Positions 48,650 through 59,070 are shown, counted from the first letter of the whole stretch. The stretch is 62,880 nucleotides of DNA, filler included, from Candidatus Fermentibacterota bacterium (GCA_016928395.1; 7 parts of 7 records of this genome joined end to end with filler, not necessarily neighbours in it), one strand, 5' to 3'. The notes: generated from the letters alone by a model not told the origin. A program made the numbers and translations.

Positions 48650-49099
48650 GTGGACGAGATGATCGGATACTGCGGGTATAACTGCCATCTCTGTGCTGCC
48701 CGCTCTGATGATGTCGATGTTCGTCATCGCCTGGTGGAAGGGTGGCGGAGGATCTTCGGGCATCAGAACTACACCCCGGGAAATGTTCGGTGCGATGGTT
48801 GTCGAGAAAACGGACGAGTCGCCGACACCTCATGCCGGGCGAGACCCTGCGCCCGCGAACGCGGCGTGGAAAGCTGCGCAGAGTGCGACGAGTTTCCCTG
48901 CGAGAAGATGCGTCATCTCATGGCCGGGCGCGAGGGCCTTCTTCTCTGGTGCAGGCCCCAAGAGGGCCCGGTCACCCAAGAGGACTACGACCTGTGTATG
49001 CGCCAGTTCGTCAGCATGCCGAATCTCGTGCGAACTTTGGTGCGGGCGGGGAAGCTCGGCGCGTGGGCAATGCCTCCCGAAGAGGCAGATCACAGGTAG
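48650..49099 (+). CDS. DUF3795 family protein
   Basis: GYCGYNCHLC, CDGC, C..R.CA and SCAECDEFPC. Confidence 0.85.
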   Translation: MDEMIGYCGYNCHLCAARSDDVDVRHRLVEGWRRIFGHQNYTPGNVRCDGCRENGRVADTSCRARPCARERGVESCAECDEFPCEKMRHLMAGREGLLLWCRPQEGPVTQEDYDLCMRQFVSMPNLVRTLVRAGKLGAWAMPPEEADHR

Positions 49100-49102
49100 C
49101 AG

Positions 49103-49795
49103 ATGACTGAACCCGCCCACGAACTCCTGGCCAAGGTTGGGCTGTTCTCCCGTCTGGGCGAACCTGAACGTCGTTGTGTGGGAGCCCTGTGCCGTGAACG
49201 TTTCTATCACCGCAATCAGCCTCTCTTCTATGAGGGCGACCCCGGGGGCATGCTTCACATCATCATCTCGGGGCGGGTCAAGGCCATCATGCTGGATGAG
49301 CAGGGTCATGAACTCATCCTGTCGGTTATGGCCCCGGGCGAGGTGCTGGGTGAGGTGACCCTTATAGACGGCGGTCCGCGTTCCGCCACGGTCATCGCCG
49401 TTGAAGACACGGTGACTCTCACCTTGAGCAGGGCCGAGCTGCTGGAGTTGATCCACCAGAATCCATCACTGGCTGACAACCTTCTCGCTATCCTGTGCGC
49501 GCGGCTGCGCCGGGTGACCCGGTTGCTTTGGGAGGTACTCTTCCTTGATGTCGAGGCGAGGCTGTGCAACGTGCTTCTGGAGATCGCCCGCCGGGAAGGG
49601 TGCAGGGTCGGCGAGGAGATCCACTTCTCGCTGGGCATGTCACGCCAGGAGCTGGCATCCATGATCGGGGCCAGCCGGGAAGCCACGACGCGAGCCCTGC
49701 GAGTGCTGCAGGATCGAAGGCTGATCCGGCTCGAGGACAAGGTGATGGTCGTGACGCCGCTCCTCGAGGAGCTCTGCGCCAGCCTCCAAGGGTGA
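49103..49795 (+). CDS. Crp/Fnr family transcriptional regulator
   Basis: GE..L....RSAT cNMP-binding pocket and SRQELASMIGASRE HTH. Confidence 0.92.
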   Translation: MTEPAHELLAKVGLFSRLGEPERRCVGALCRERFYHRNQPLFYEGDPGGMLHIIISGRVKAIMLDEQGHELILSVMAPGEVLGEVTLIDGGPRSATVIAVEDTVTLTLSRAELLELIHQNPSLADNLLAILCARLRRVTRLLWEVLFLDVEARLCNVLLEIARREGCRVGEEIHFSLGMSRQELASMIGASREATTRALRVLQDRRLIRLEDKVMVVTPLLEELCASLQG

Positions 49796-50208
49796 AGACC
49801 CTTGGAGAGTTGAGGTGTTTATGAGCTCTCAGCAGCCACCCGTGCAAGATCAATACGGGGAGCGACCCCGGAGTTGCCGCCTCCAGCCCTGGGAGAGGGC
49901 ACGCTCCCGGCCAACTGTGGCCACTGTGGTCTTCTCTGCCGTGCACACGCGATCACTCCGTCTCTTGGCCGCCGGTACACCGGCGCACGCCTCGCGAGCG
50001 TGCCCCGTTCAGTCATACGGTGCTTCATTGCCGGCTGCAACCAACTCCGTGCCAGGATGAGAGCCTGTGAAGTCCGCCACCTTGGTCCTGGCACATGTGA
50101 GATTCGTGCACAAGGTGACACAGCTCTTCGTTGTGCGGTCTCCATCCCCATAGTATTCGGGTTCATAATGGTACGGTCACGCAATGAGGACCCCGGCTGC
50201 AACGCTCG

Positions 50209-50235
50209 GTAACACGAAGTTGACAGGCGTGCTAC
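50209..50235. promoter_or_regulatory. Candidate NikR-type operator overlapping a TTGACA -35 box
   Basis: GTAACAC-N13-GTGCTAC with TTGACA (50220-50225) inside the spacer, upstream of the ECF/TonB operon. Confidence 0.55.
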
Positions 50236-50287
50236 TCCACCTTGCTTCTTGCGGGTCAACGCGCCTCACACCACAGGAGACCGCCGA

Positions 50288-50899
50288 GTGGACCGAGCCT
50301 GTTTCTTCGATGATCTAGCCGACCGATGGGATGACGTCTGTGATATCGAACGCGTGGCAGTGTCCTTGCGGGCGGGGCTGGCCGGGATGAACATCAAGCC
50401 CTCAGAACGCATCGTTGACATCGGCTGCGGAACAGGGACACTGCTCCTGTGCCTGCTGGATGTGCTTGGCCCGGGGGGAAGAGTCCACGCCGTGGATACC
50501 TCGCCTCGGATGATCAACAAGGCTCGGGCCAAGATCTCTGACGATCGCGCATGGTTGGTCCTTGCCGCCGCCGACCGCCTTCCATCGGCAGACGCATCGG
50601 TGGATCGGGTGTTCTGTTTTTCGTGCTGGCCGCACATCGGTCAACCCTTGACCGTTCTCAACGAGTTCCTGCGGGTACTACGGCCTGGAGGTGTGCTCCA
50701 TGTCTGGCATGCCGACGGGAAGGAGACCATCAATCGGATTCACAGGAGTGCCGGTGGGGCGGTGGCGAAGGACATTCTCGTACCCGGAGAGGATCTGGCG
50801 CACCTTCTCAATGCCCAAGGGTTCAACGTCTACGAAACGATCGACACATACTTCGAATATCGCGTGTCTGCTACTAGGGCAGCCGGACGGGAAGCGTGA
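50288..50899 (+). CDS. Class I SAM-dependent methyltransferase
   Basis: FFDDLA..WD, VDIGCGTG and LRPGG; AGGAGA RBS. Confidence 0.88.
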   Translation: MDRACFFDDLADRWDDVCDIERVAVSLRAGLAGMNIKPSERIVDIGCGTGTLLLCLLDVLGPGGRVHAVDTSPRMINKARAKISDDRAWLVLAAADRLPSADASVDRVFCFSCWPHIGQPLTVLNEFLRVLRPGGVLHVWHADGKETINRIHRSAGGAVAKDILVPGEDLAHLLNAQGFNVYETIDTYFEYRVSATRAAGREA

Positions 50900-51639
50900 C
50901 CTGCGCCGCGATGGCGTGCCGCGATGCGCCCGGCGGGATGCGGCGGTCTCCTCTGCAGACCGTCGATGCCCGGGCTCGAATCCTCGCCTTCGCTCTCTCG
51001 CTCCTCGTCGCCGTCAGTGCCGTAGGGAGCTCGCCGCTGGTGCTGGCCGTGCTCTGTGCATTCCCGGTCGCGGCGATCGTCATCGCACGGGTGCCGGCGC
51101 ATATGATCCTGCGCCGTCTCTCCTTCGTGGCGGTGTTCATCGCCCTTGCGGGGGTGTTCACGTTTCTGATCCCCCTCGCCGCGCAGCCGTCCGCCAAACG
51201 TTTCTGGTTCCTCCTGTTCGGCAGCCTGTTCGCCGTCACCAGTACTGCCGCGTTGACGTATTCCACCACAGCCACCGAGGCCATGGAGGCGTTGCAGCGC
51301 CTTAGGGTCCCGTCACACGTGATCTGGACGGGCTTCCTCGGTCTCCGCTACCTCCCCCTGGTCTTCGGGGAAGGACGAAGGGTGCACCGGGCCGCGCGCG
51401 CCCGCGGGTGGCGGGGATCGTCGGGGATCACCGCTCTCGGATGGATGACCGCATCCCTGATATCACGAGGCTTCGATCGCGCCCTCCGAACCGGTGAGGC
51501 TATGGAGGCCAGGGGATTCGGATCGAGCCGGGTCATCCTCGAACCATGCCCGCTGCGAGTGCACGACTGGATGGTGATGACGGGCTACCCTGCAACCCTA
51601 CTGGCACTGCGGCTCTTCTTGGATGGGGGTGCATTGTGA
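50896..51639 (+). CDS. ECF transporter T component (CbiQ/EcfT)
   Basis: DARARI, LRVP, RYL, ARARG and AMEARG. Confidence 0.88.
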   Translation: MTCAAMACRDAPGGMRRSPLQTVDARARILAFALSLLVAVSAVGSSPLVLAVLCAFPVAAIVIARVPAHMILRRLSFVAVFIALAGVFTFLIPLAAQPSAKRFWFLLFGSLFAVTSTAALTYSTTATEAMEALQRLRVPSHVIWTGFLGLRYLPLVFGEGRRVHRAARARGWRGSSGITALGWMTASLISRGFDRALRTGEAMEARGFGSSRVILEPCPLRVHDWMVMTGYPATLLALRLFLDGGAL

Positions 51640-52403
51640 TTCCACCCGCCATTGCGTTCAAGGGTGTCCGCTTCACCTATCCTGACGGCACGCGTGCCCT
51701 CAACGGCTTGACCCTGACCGTGAAATCGCGCGACCGAATTGCCGTGCTCGGGCCCAACGGGGCCGGCAAGTCCACCTTGCTCCACGCCGTGTTGGGGTTC
51801 ATTGCCACGGCGGAGGGCGCCGTCGAAGTGGATGGGCTGCAAGTCGTTCCAGCCAATTTGACCGAGATTCGCCAACGGGTGGGTATTGTGTTCCAGGATC
51901 CCGATGACCAACTCTTCTGTCCAACGCTCCTGGACGATGTGCGCTTTGGCCCCCGCAATCAAGGTCTGTCAGGCACGGAGCTGTATGAGCGAGTGCATCA
52001 TGCCGTCGAGGCAGTGGGGCTATGGGACCGCCGTGACCGCCATCCTCACCGCCTCAGCGTGGGCGAGAAGAAGCGTGGGGCACTGGCCACGGTGCTGAGC
52101 ATGCGACCAGACATCCTGCTCCTGGACGAGCCGTCGGCGCATCTTGATGGCCCCTCCCGTCGCAGCCTCCGCGACATCCTCTCCGTTTATGAGGGCACTC
52201 TACTGCTCGTCAGTCAGGACCTGCCCTTCGCCGCAGCGCTCTGCACTAGGGCGGTGGTCTTGGAGTCAGGACGGGTCACGCTCGACATCCCCATGGATGA
52301 GATGCTCAACGATCCCGTCCGTGTCGAACAACTCGGTATCCCTGCGATGGAACTCTGCGCACTCTGTGCGGAACACGGCTGGCGGACTCCTCATGCGCCA
52401 TAG
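51636..52403 (+). CDS. ECF transporter ATPase (CbiO/EcfA)
   Basis: GPNGAGKS, FQDPDDQLF, LSVGEKKR and LLDEP. Confidence 0.9.
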   Translation: MIPPAIAFKGVRFTYPDGTRALNGLTLTVKSRDRIAVLGPNGAGKSTLLHAVLGFIATAEGAVEVDGLQVVPANLTEIRQRVGIVFQDPDDQLFCPTLLDDVRFGPRNQGLSGTELYERVHHAVEAVGLWDRRDRHPHRLSVGEKKRGALATVLSMRPDILLLDEPSAHLDGPSRRSLRDILSVYEGTLLLVSQDLPFAAALCTRAVVLESGRVTLDIPMDEMLNDPVRVEQLGIPAMELCALCAEHGWRTPHAP

Positions 52404-52905
52404 CGCCCGCGAGGTCGCCATCGGTGGCCTGTTTCTCGCGTTGGCTCTCGCATTGCCCCCTCTCTTTCATCTCATGGGATTGGGCTCGGTGTTCCTCCCC
52501 ATGTTGCTCCCGGTTCTCAGCCTCGGTTTCCTCAGCGCATGGCGCATCGCCGCAACGGTCGGATTCCTCGCTCCGTTGATCTCGGGGCTCATCACTGGCA
52601 TGCCGCCCTTCGTCCCGCCCAGCGCCTTCATGATGATGGTCGAGTTGTCCCTGCTCGGGCTCGTCCCCTCACTGCTCTACCGAAGGCTCCGCTGGAATTT
52701 CTGGGTAGTGCTGACCTTGACCCTCGTGCTCAACCGGGGCGTCGTCTTCCTGCTTCGCTTCATCGTCGCCGAGTTCTTCTCCATTCCCGGTATCGCCTAC
52801 AGCCTTTTCATCGTCACGGCTGGCTTGCCGGGCATAGTACTCATGCTCGTCGCCACGCCTCTCATCGTGCGGACGATCGAACGTCGGATGGGGAGCCCGG
52901 CCTAG
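52393..52905 (+). CDS. ECF transporter S component
   Basis: LP.LFH..G.GSVFLPM.LPV, P..S..ITGMPP and GLPGI; multi-TM. Confidence 0.8.
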   Translation: MRHSAREVAIGGLFLALALALPPLFHLMGLGSVFLPMLLPVLSLGFLSAWRIAATVGFLAPLISGLITGMPPFVPPSAFMMMVELSLLGLVPSLLYRRLRWNFWVVLTLTLVLNRGVVFLLRFIVAEFFSIPGIAYSLFIVTAGLPGIVLMLVATPLIVRTIERRMGSPA

Positions 52906-53042
52906 CCGTTTTCCGCCGATCGGGTTGACGTGGGGATCGCCGGTCATCTTTTTGAGTGGCACGAATGTTGGTTTCGTGTTACTCACTGTGAAGCCCCCTT
53001 CGCTTCGAGAGAGTTCAGCGAATTTGCCCCTGGAGGTCTCCT

Positions 53043-54887
53043 TTGTTCTGCTCATCTGTCGTGTGTGCCGTCCTTATTGTGGCCTCACCCTACCCCGGTG
53101 AGGTCGACACGACCCAGGTATATGCCATGGATCCAATCGTCGTGACGGGAACGCGGGTCGCCACGGTACGCTCGGAGATTCCCCAGGGTGTGACGGTGGT
53201 GAGCCGCGAGGAAATCGCGACCAGCGGAGAGTCCAATGTGCTCCCTATCCTCAGCGGGCGCGTGCCCGGCTTGTTTGTGACCGAGCAGGGCGTGACCGGG
53301 TTTGGCGTATCGGGTGCAGCGGCCGGGGCGATCAGCATCCGCGGCATAGGCGGCATGCCGAATACTCGGGTACTGGTGCTCATCGATGGGCATCCCCAGT
53401 TCATGGGGATCTTTGGTCACCCGCTGCCGGATGCCTACGTGGCCTCGGATATCGAACGGGTCGAGGTGATTCGCGGGCCGGCGTCGGCGCTCTACGGCAC
53501 CGGGGCAATGGGGGGCGCGATCAACCTGATCACGCGCGGCGCCACCGGGGAGGGGTTCAGCCTGGACGGTCGGGTTTCGCTGGGTTCGTACGACACCAGG
53601 AAGTACTCCGGCGGCGTCGGCTACACGCACGAGGCCTTCAGTATCCTTGGATCGGTGAACCACGATCGCACCGACGGGCATCGGAGCAACGATTCGTTCA
53701 AGATAACCAACGGCTATGCCAAAGCAGGCTATGACCTTCGACCCGGGCTTCGACTCGTCGGCGTGGCCAGCCTCGCCGATTTCAACACCGATGATCCTGG
53801 CCTCGCCAGTTCTCCTTATCCGGACAGTATTCCCCACTGGGTGGACATACAACGGGGGGAGGCATCCCTTACCTTGATCAACACGTCTTCCCGGGTCGAC
53901 GGTGAGGTCAAGCTCTTCACCAATTTCGGCGAGCACCGAATCTATGACGGTTTCCATTCCACCGACACCAATCTCGGCATCATGGCATTCCAGGGTCTCC
54001 AGCTCATTCGGGGCAATACGGTTACCCTTGGGCTCGACTACAAGCGATATGGTGGGGATTCGGAGAATACCCTTTCGAACGCGGAGATTGGCGATCATTC
54101 AGTGGATGAGATCGGCGGTTATGTCTCCATCCATCATCGTTTCTTCACACGGTTGGTCGTGAACGCTGGGATTCGAGTGGAGAGTCACACTGAGTTCGGT
54201 GTTGAGCCGGTTCCCCAGGCCGGTCTCGCCTTCAATCCCTCGGGTACCGTGACGGTCAAGGTTTCAGCCGCGAAAGGGTTCAGGAGCCCCACCATCCGTG
54301 AGCTCTACCTCTTCGCTTCCGCCAATCCCGACCTTGAACCGGAGCGCATGTGGACCTACCAGGCCAGTCTGCTCCAGGAGTTGCTCCATGGCACCGCCAG
54401 CGTGGAACTGACGGGCTTCCGCAGCGAGGGCGACAACCTCATCCAGACGCTCGGGCAGTACCCGAATGTGAAGAACCACAATACCGGTGAGTTTGTGCAT
54501 TCCGGGTTTGAACTGGAAGCGCGGTATCGCCCAAGGCGGCGGTTCGATTGCTGGGCAAGTTACGCATACCTTCACACAGAAGATCCGATATTGGCCGCAC
54601 CCGAGCATCATCTGGCATTGGGTGCGACGTGCGCCTGGGGGATCGTGACCGTCAGCGCACACGCGAAGCATGTCGCCGGCCTCATCACGAAGATCGCCCA
54701 GGATGACGTAACCGAACAGCGCTACACCGCAGTAGATGCCAAGGTGGCTATTCGTCCGCTCCGCGGCATCCAGTTCTTCGTTGAAGGCAGCAATCTTCTC
54801 GATGAGGAGTATGAGATCACCTATGACTACCCCATGCAGGGGGCGACGGTGGCGGCTGGAGTTTCGCTGCGGCGTCAGTCCGACTGA
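53043..54887 (+). CDS. TonB-dependent receptor
   Basis: IVVTGTR, VLIDG, IERVEVIRGPASALYG.GAMGG.IN, GFRSP and L.PE. Confidence 0.92.
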   Translation: MFCSSVVCAVLIVASPYPGEVDTTQVYAMDPIVVTGTRVATVRSEIPQGVTVVSREEIATSGESNVLPILSGRVPGLFVTEQGVTGFGVSGAAAGAISIRGIGGMPNTRVLVLIDGHPQFMGIFGHPLPDAYVASDIERVEVIRGPASALYGTGAMGGAINLITRGATGEGFSLDGRVSLGSYDTRKYSGGVGYTHEAFSILGSVNHDRTDGHRSNDSFKITNGYAKAGYDLRPGLRLVGVASLADFNTDDPGLASSPYPDSIPHWVDIQRGEASLTLINTSSRVDGEVKLFTNFGEHRIYDGFHSTDTNLGIMAFQGLQLIRGNTVTLGLDYKRYGGDSENTLSNAEIGDHSVDEIGGYVSIHHRFFTRLVVNAGIRVESHTEFGVEPVPQAGLAFNPSGTVTVKVSAAKGFRSPTIRELYLFASANPDLEPERMWTYQASLLQELLHGTASVELTGFRSEGDNLIQTLGQYPNVKNHNTGEFVHSGFELEARYRPRRRFDCWASYAYLHTEDPILAAPEHHLALGATCAWGIVTVSAHAKHVAGLITKIAQDDVTEQRYTAVDAKVAIRPLRGIQFFVEGSNLLDEEYEITYDYPMQGATVAAGVSLRRQSD

Positions 54888-55044
54888 GAGGAGGTTCACG
54901 GTCTGCGGTGTGCAGTTCACCGTTCCAGACTCAGTTGAGGCTGCTGGCTGTCTCGAACCGCGGTGAGATCAGGAAGACTACGGACCGGATAGGGATAGCG
55001 CCTTGTGTGCCCTTCGAACGGATGCCCAAGAGAGGCTTGCCCGC

Positions 55045-55190
55045 CTACGGGATATCGAAGTCGAATTCGCCGATTCGGTTGGAACGAACGAGTTTGCGCT
55101 CATCGGCGGAGACTGCCATCACCAGGTAGGTCCAGTTTACCGTCGCATCACCCGGGGCGCCCACAGTGCCACACACACCGTAGTCGATGC
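55045..55190 (-). pseudogene. Orphan C-terminal fragment of a secreted protein ending SNRIGEFDFDIP
   Basis: GD...N.TYLV.AV....SNRIGEFDF resembles the C-terminus of 44706-47402; upstream part of the frame is not protein-like. Confidence 0.45.
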
Positions 55191-55380
55191 GGGCAACTCC
55201 GCCAGGCGGTACTCCAGGAGCAACCCAACGTTGCTTCATCCTACTGAATTCGGATGATGTGGCAATCCGAGTGAACTCCAGAGTGGCGCATGAGTATCCT
55301 TGGCATATACCTTCCCACCAGGATACACCGAGAAGCACCCGATCCGCGTGGTCATCCAACGGACCACTAGGGCAACAGCC

Positions 55381-56661
55381 ATGGCTCATCATACAACTGA
55401 CCACAGCTACTCCCGCCTTTCTCGGCGCCTGAGTCTTCTGCCGCAGGCGGCACCGCCGTCAGACCTGCTGTTTCAGATTCTCAAGATTCTCTTCTCGGAG
55501 CGCGAGGCAGGGCTGGTGGCGCATCTTCCCGTCCGCCCCTTCAGCGCCAAGCGGGCGGCCCGGATCTGGAAGATGCCCCTGACCGAGGCGCAGAACACCC
55601 TGGACGCCTTGGCGGACAAGGGGCTCTTGGTGGACATCGAGAAAGATGGGAGTATGGTGTACGTGCTTCCGCCGCCCATGGCGGGATTCTTCGAGTTCTC
55701 CATGATGCGGGTGCGCCACGACATCGATCAGCATGCATTGGCCGAGCTGTTCTACGAGTATATCAACGTCCAGGACGAATTCATCAGGGCCTTGTTCGCC
55801 GGCGGGGAGACGCAGCTTGGCCGTATTCTGGTCCATGAGCCGGCGTTGCCCGATGACCCGACCCTTCACGTGCTCGACTATGAGCGGGCCTCCGAGGTCA
55901 TCAAGACGGCGACGTGCCGCGCCATCAGCCTGTGCTACTGCCGCCACAAGATGCAGCATCTGGGCAAGGCATGCTCCGCACCGCTGGACATCTGCATGAC
56001 CTTCAACACCTCGGCAAAGGCCCTGGTCGGCCACGGGCTTGCCCGGGAGGTCAGCCTGGAGGAGTGCCTCGACCAGCTCCAGCGGGCCTACGACAATGAT
56101 CTTGTGCAGTTCGGTGAGAATGTACGCGAAAGCATGAACTTCATCTGCAACTGCTGTAAGTGCTGCTGCGAGGCCATGATTGCGGCCCGTAAGGTCGCAT
56201 TCGCCCATCCCGTGCATACGACCAACTTCCTCCCAGTTGTCGACGGCTCGACCTGCACCGCATGCGGCGTCTGCGTTGAGCTGTGCCCAGTGGAGGCCGT
56301 GAGTCTGCAGCCATGTTCCGAGTCGGAATCGTGGGTTGGAACCGTGGCACGGGTTGACGAATCGCGCTGTCTCGGATGCGGGCTCTGCGCCCGGCGATGC
56401 CCGTCAGAAGCCATTCGGCTCGTTCCCCGAGCCCAGCGAGTCATCACTCCGCTGAACTCGGCCCATCGCGTGGTCTTGATGGCCATCGAACGAGACAAGC
56501 TCCAGAATCTCATCGTGGACCGGCAGGTCCTCTGGAGCCACCGGGCCCTGGCTTCGGTGCCGGGGGCGATCCTGCGGCTTCCCCCCGCCAAACGCCTCCT
56601 GGCGCAGCGGCAAGTCAGGTCACGTTTCCTGGAGGCCGCACTACACAAAGCCAACGTCTAG
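55381..56661 (+). CDS. 4Fe-4S dicluster domain protein
   Basis: CYCR, ICNCCKCCC and two CxxCxxCxxxCP motifs. Confidence 0.88.
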   Translation: MAHHTTDHSYSRLSRRLSLLPQAAPPSDLLFQILKILFSEREAGLVAHLPVRPFSAKRAARIWKMPLTEAQNTLDALADKGLLVDIEKDGSMVYVLPPPMAGFFEFSMMRVRHDIDQHALAELFYEYINVQDEFIRALFAGGETQLGRILVHEPALPDDPTLHVLDYERASEVIKTATCRAISLCYCRHKMQHLGKACSAPLDICMTFNTSAKALVGHGLAREVSLEECLDQLQRAYDNDLVQFGENVRESMNFICNCCKCCCEAMIAARKVAFAHPVHTTNFLPVVDGSTCTACGVCVELCPVEAVSLQPCSESESWVGTVARVDESRCLGCGLCARRCPSEAIRLVPRAQRVITPLNSAHRVVLMAIERDKLQNLIVDRQVLWSHRALASVPGAILRLPPAKRLLAQRQVRSRFLEAALHKANV

Positions 56662-56723
56662 TCGCCACATACCAGTGAGCGCAGGATTCCCCGATCCGGC
56701 TTTCGCAAAGGGAGACTGAGAGG

Positions 56724-56823
56724 NNNNNNNNNNNNNNNNNNNNNNNNNNNNNNNNNNNNNNNNNNNNTTAATTAATTAANNNNNNNNNNNNNNNNNNNNN
56801 NNNNNNNNNNNNNNNNNNNNNNN
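56724..56823. other. Artificial contig linker
   Basis: N-run, TTAATTAATTAA, N-run. Confidence 0.98.
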
Positions 56824-57063
56824 GTGCACCTCTATGTCGTCTCCGCTCTCTTTCTGAACCTGCACTATTGCCAACGCACGGCGACGTAGGTCCCACGCCC
56901 GCAACCCTTCGACGAAGACGGCAAGGTCGATATCACTATGGGCGTGCGCAGTTCCGTCCGTCTGCGATCCGAACACATACGCCGCCCTCACCGGTGCACG
57001 TCGCGAAAGCAGCGCGACTACTCGGCTGACTCGGGTGGCGACGTCTGGAGTGATGTCAGCCAT
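56824..57063 (-). CDS. Minimal nucleotidyltransferase (MNT) antitoxin, 3' partial
   Basis: YVFGS-x10-DIDLAV. Confidence 0.85.
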
Positions 57064-57422
57064 GAGACCATCTCTTCCGTTCGTATGAGAGTGTGCCGGG
57101 CGGCGTCAGGCGTTGTGGAGCTGGCAATATCGTCGATCTCTTCTGGATACCTTGCCTGGATGTAGTAGATCGACAGCTCCCTCAGGAAATCCAACCGACC
57201 CCCATCGAAGCACAGGCCTGCCTGTTCACCGAGCCTCACGAGATTGTGGAGCCGGGGCGGGACCTCCTGAACCCTCTCCGCATACAGAGCCTTGAGCATC
57301 TTCTCCACAGACTGTTGGCAGCAGAACAGCACGTACAAGTACCGACCCGTGTGCAACATGGCTCGAGCGGTGTCCAGGTCGTAATGGGCCTGCTGAACTC
57401 ACCGTTCCCGTACCGACGCCAT
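57018..57422 (-). pseudogene. HEPN domain gene with an in-frame TGA at codon 8
   Basis: GAGGAGG RBS, then ATG 57422: MASVRER*VQQAHYDLDTARAM..CQQSVEK.LKA..RLHNL..YIQARYP. Confidence 0.8.
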
Positions 57423-57715
57423 GTGTATCCTCCTCGGAGCGTGGAATGGCCTGTCTGGCCCTAGACTTCGAAGTGTCACACCCTGGAAGTCCCACATCTC
57501 GCCAAGCATATGGATTGCACAGCCGACAAGCAAGTCCAACCATGCGCTGTGGCCCACCCGATCGCAGTCGCAACTGTCAGTCCTGCGCAACCTTGCGGTC
57601 TTCAGCTCTTTGCCCGATCTTCCTCTCGACACACAAACCCACAAGATCGAACGGGCTGGCGCCGACAGGCCTCAGCCTGCCCGGCTGTTCTTGCACGTCG
57701 ATGCGAGGTACACAC

Positions 57716-57967
57716 ATGCGAGCGTTTCGGCTCCAGACGCAGGTGGATCACAAGAGACGCATCGTCCTTGACCTCCCGGAGGACATCACTCAGGATCAGG
57801 TGAAAGCAATCGTGCTCGGCGACGAGACCACCAACGACCAGAGCGCCTCGAACACCCGTGAACGACTTCGGCGCTTCCATGAGTGGGTCAACGCGCATGA
57901 CCGCTCAGTGCCCCTGATTCCGGAGGAGATGTACCGAAGAGAGCGCATCTACGAGACCTCGCGATGA
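57716..57967 (+). CDS. Putative antitoxin
   Basis: GAGG RBS; ends with a RRERIYE motif; ATGA overlap with the PIN remnant. Confidence 0.6.
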   Translation: MRAFRLQTQVDHKRRIVLDLPEDITQDQVKAIVLGDETTNDQSASNTRERLRRFHEWVNAHDRSVPLIPEEMYRRERIYETSR

Positions 57968-58113
57968 GCCGCCATCTCGCTGACACCAACGTCATCGTCC
58001 GCTGGGTAGTGCCCCACGATCGCCCAGTCCCTGTCGCACGCCTGCATAGCCCGTCGCTGTCGCTTCCACTCGTCGGGACACGCCGCGATCCGGCGACGAC
58101 AACGGATATCTGA
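57964..58113 (+). pseudogene. Truncated VapC/PIN toxin
   Basis: MSRHLADTNVIVRW..PHD, then divergent sequence; stops after 49 aa. Confidence 0.65.
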
Positions 58114-58114
58114 C

Positions 58115-58528
58115 ATGGCCAAGACCATCAGAACCTCAGACACCCGAGTGACGAAGATATGCCCGGCTGAGAATGCGGTACGTCGTGTGCCCGGGAAGCA
58201 GGTCGCTGCCGCGCTCGGAGCGGAAGCCGTGGAGGGTGCCCCAATCCCTCACGGCTCGCCGATCGCTCTGCTGGCCATCCGGGAGGAGATTCACCGCCGG
58301 CTCCGCTCGCGGGGAGGCCGGCCTTCGCTGGACAAGACCTTGCGCCGACAGAAGATCCCCATCACTGACGAGGAATGGGCCAAGCTCCAGCGCTTGGCCG
58401 CCAGACTGGGAAGCCAGAGGATGAAAGTGACGCCCGGGCAGCTCGCCAGTCTGCTGCTGCATCGTTCGCTTGAGCAGCTCGACGAATCCGAGCTCGCCTC
58501 GGCAGTCAGAACAACCTCGACTCAATAG
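58115..58528 (+). CDS. Hypothetical protein, possibly DNA-binding
   Basis: LRSRGGRPS..RQKIP....W..L..TPGQLA.LLL. Confidence 0.6.
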   Translation: MAKTIRTSDTRVTKICPAENAVRRVPGKQVAAALGAEAVEGAPIPHGSPIALLAIREEIHRRLRSRGGRPSLDKTLRRQKIPITDEEWAKLQRLAARLGSQRMKVTPGQLASLLLHRSLEQLDESELASAVRTTSTQ

Positions 58529-59070
58529 ACAAGCCCTGCACCAAGAAACCAACCACCCCGAAGCCGAGGTCAGCATGGGGTGCCGCCCTCGTTCTCAGCC
58601 TCCTACCCCTCGACAGGCCGGTATCTCACGATCTCCAGCCCTTCGACCGTGTAGTTGTAGCAGTAGATGTTCCCGCTCGACATGACTTTGGCAACGAGCT
58701 AACGCCGTTTCGAAATGGCTCTTCTTCGGCCAATCTGAGAGGGACCTCTTCTTCCCTTCCGAGGCCTCTGTTCGTACCTTCCCACTACTGCGTGGTGGGA
58801 AGTGCCGCCTCTTTGGAGTGCGGCCCCGCACCCAATGGCTGGCTACACGAGGCAGTTCGTGCAGGGTGTACATTGCCTTCGCCGCCATTGGATGCGGGGC
58901 TTTCGCCCGCGGGAGCTGAGCCACAGCACTCCATAGTACGCCGTGAGTCCTTGCGGAAGGGATTCGAGGGGATCGCCAGGGAATGCTTCCACCGACGATT
59001 TCGGGACATTTCACGCCGGCGTCGACATCAGGCAGTACCGCGGCCGAAGGCACTCCCTTGCCAACATGCC

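Noticed and set aside
49800-50110. Possible cobalamin riboswitch upstream of the ECF/TonB operon (GCCAACTGT, GCCACTG)
   Set aside because: The AGGGAA, GGGAAG and AGYCAGrAGACC elements are not present in the expected order.
15409-56823. Six recurring TTAATTAATTAA motifs
   Set aside because: Each is centred in a 100-nt N spacer, so they are artificial linkers. ORFs and gene neighbourhoods crossing them are not real.
57018-57422. TGA recoding (alternative genetic code or selenocysteine)
   Set aside because: TGA is used as a normal stop in many genes here, and the position corresponds to Trp rather than Cys.
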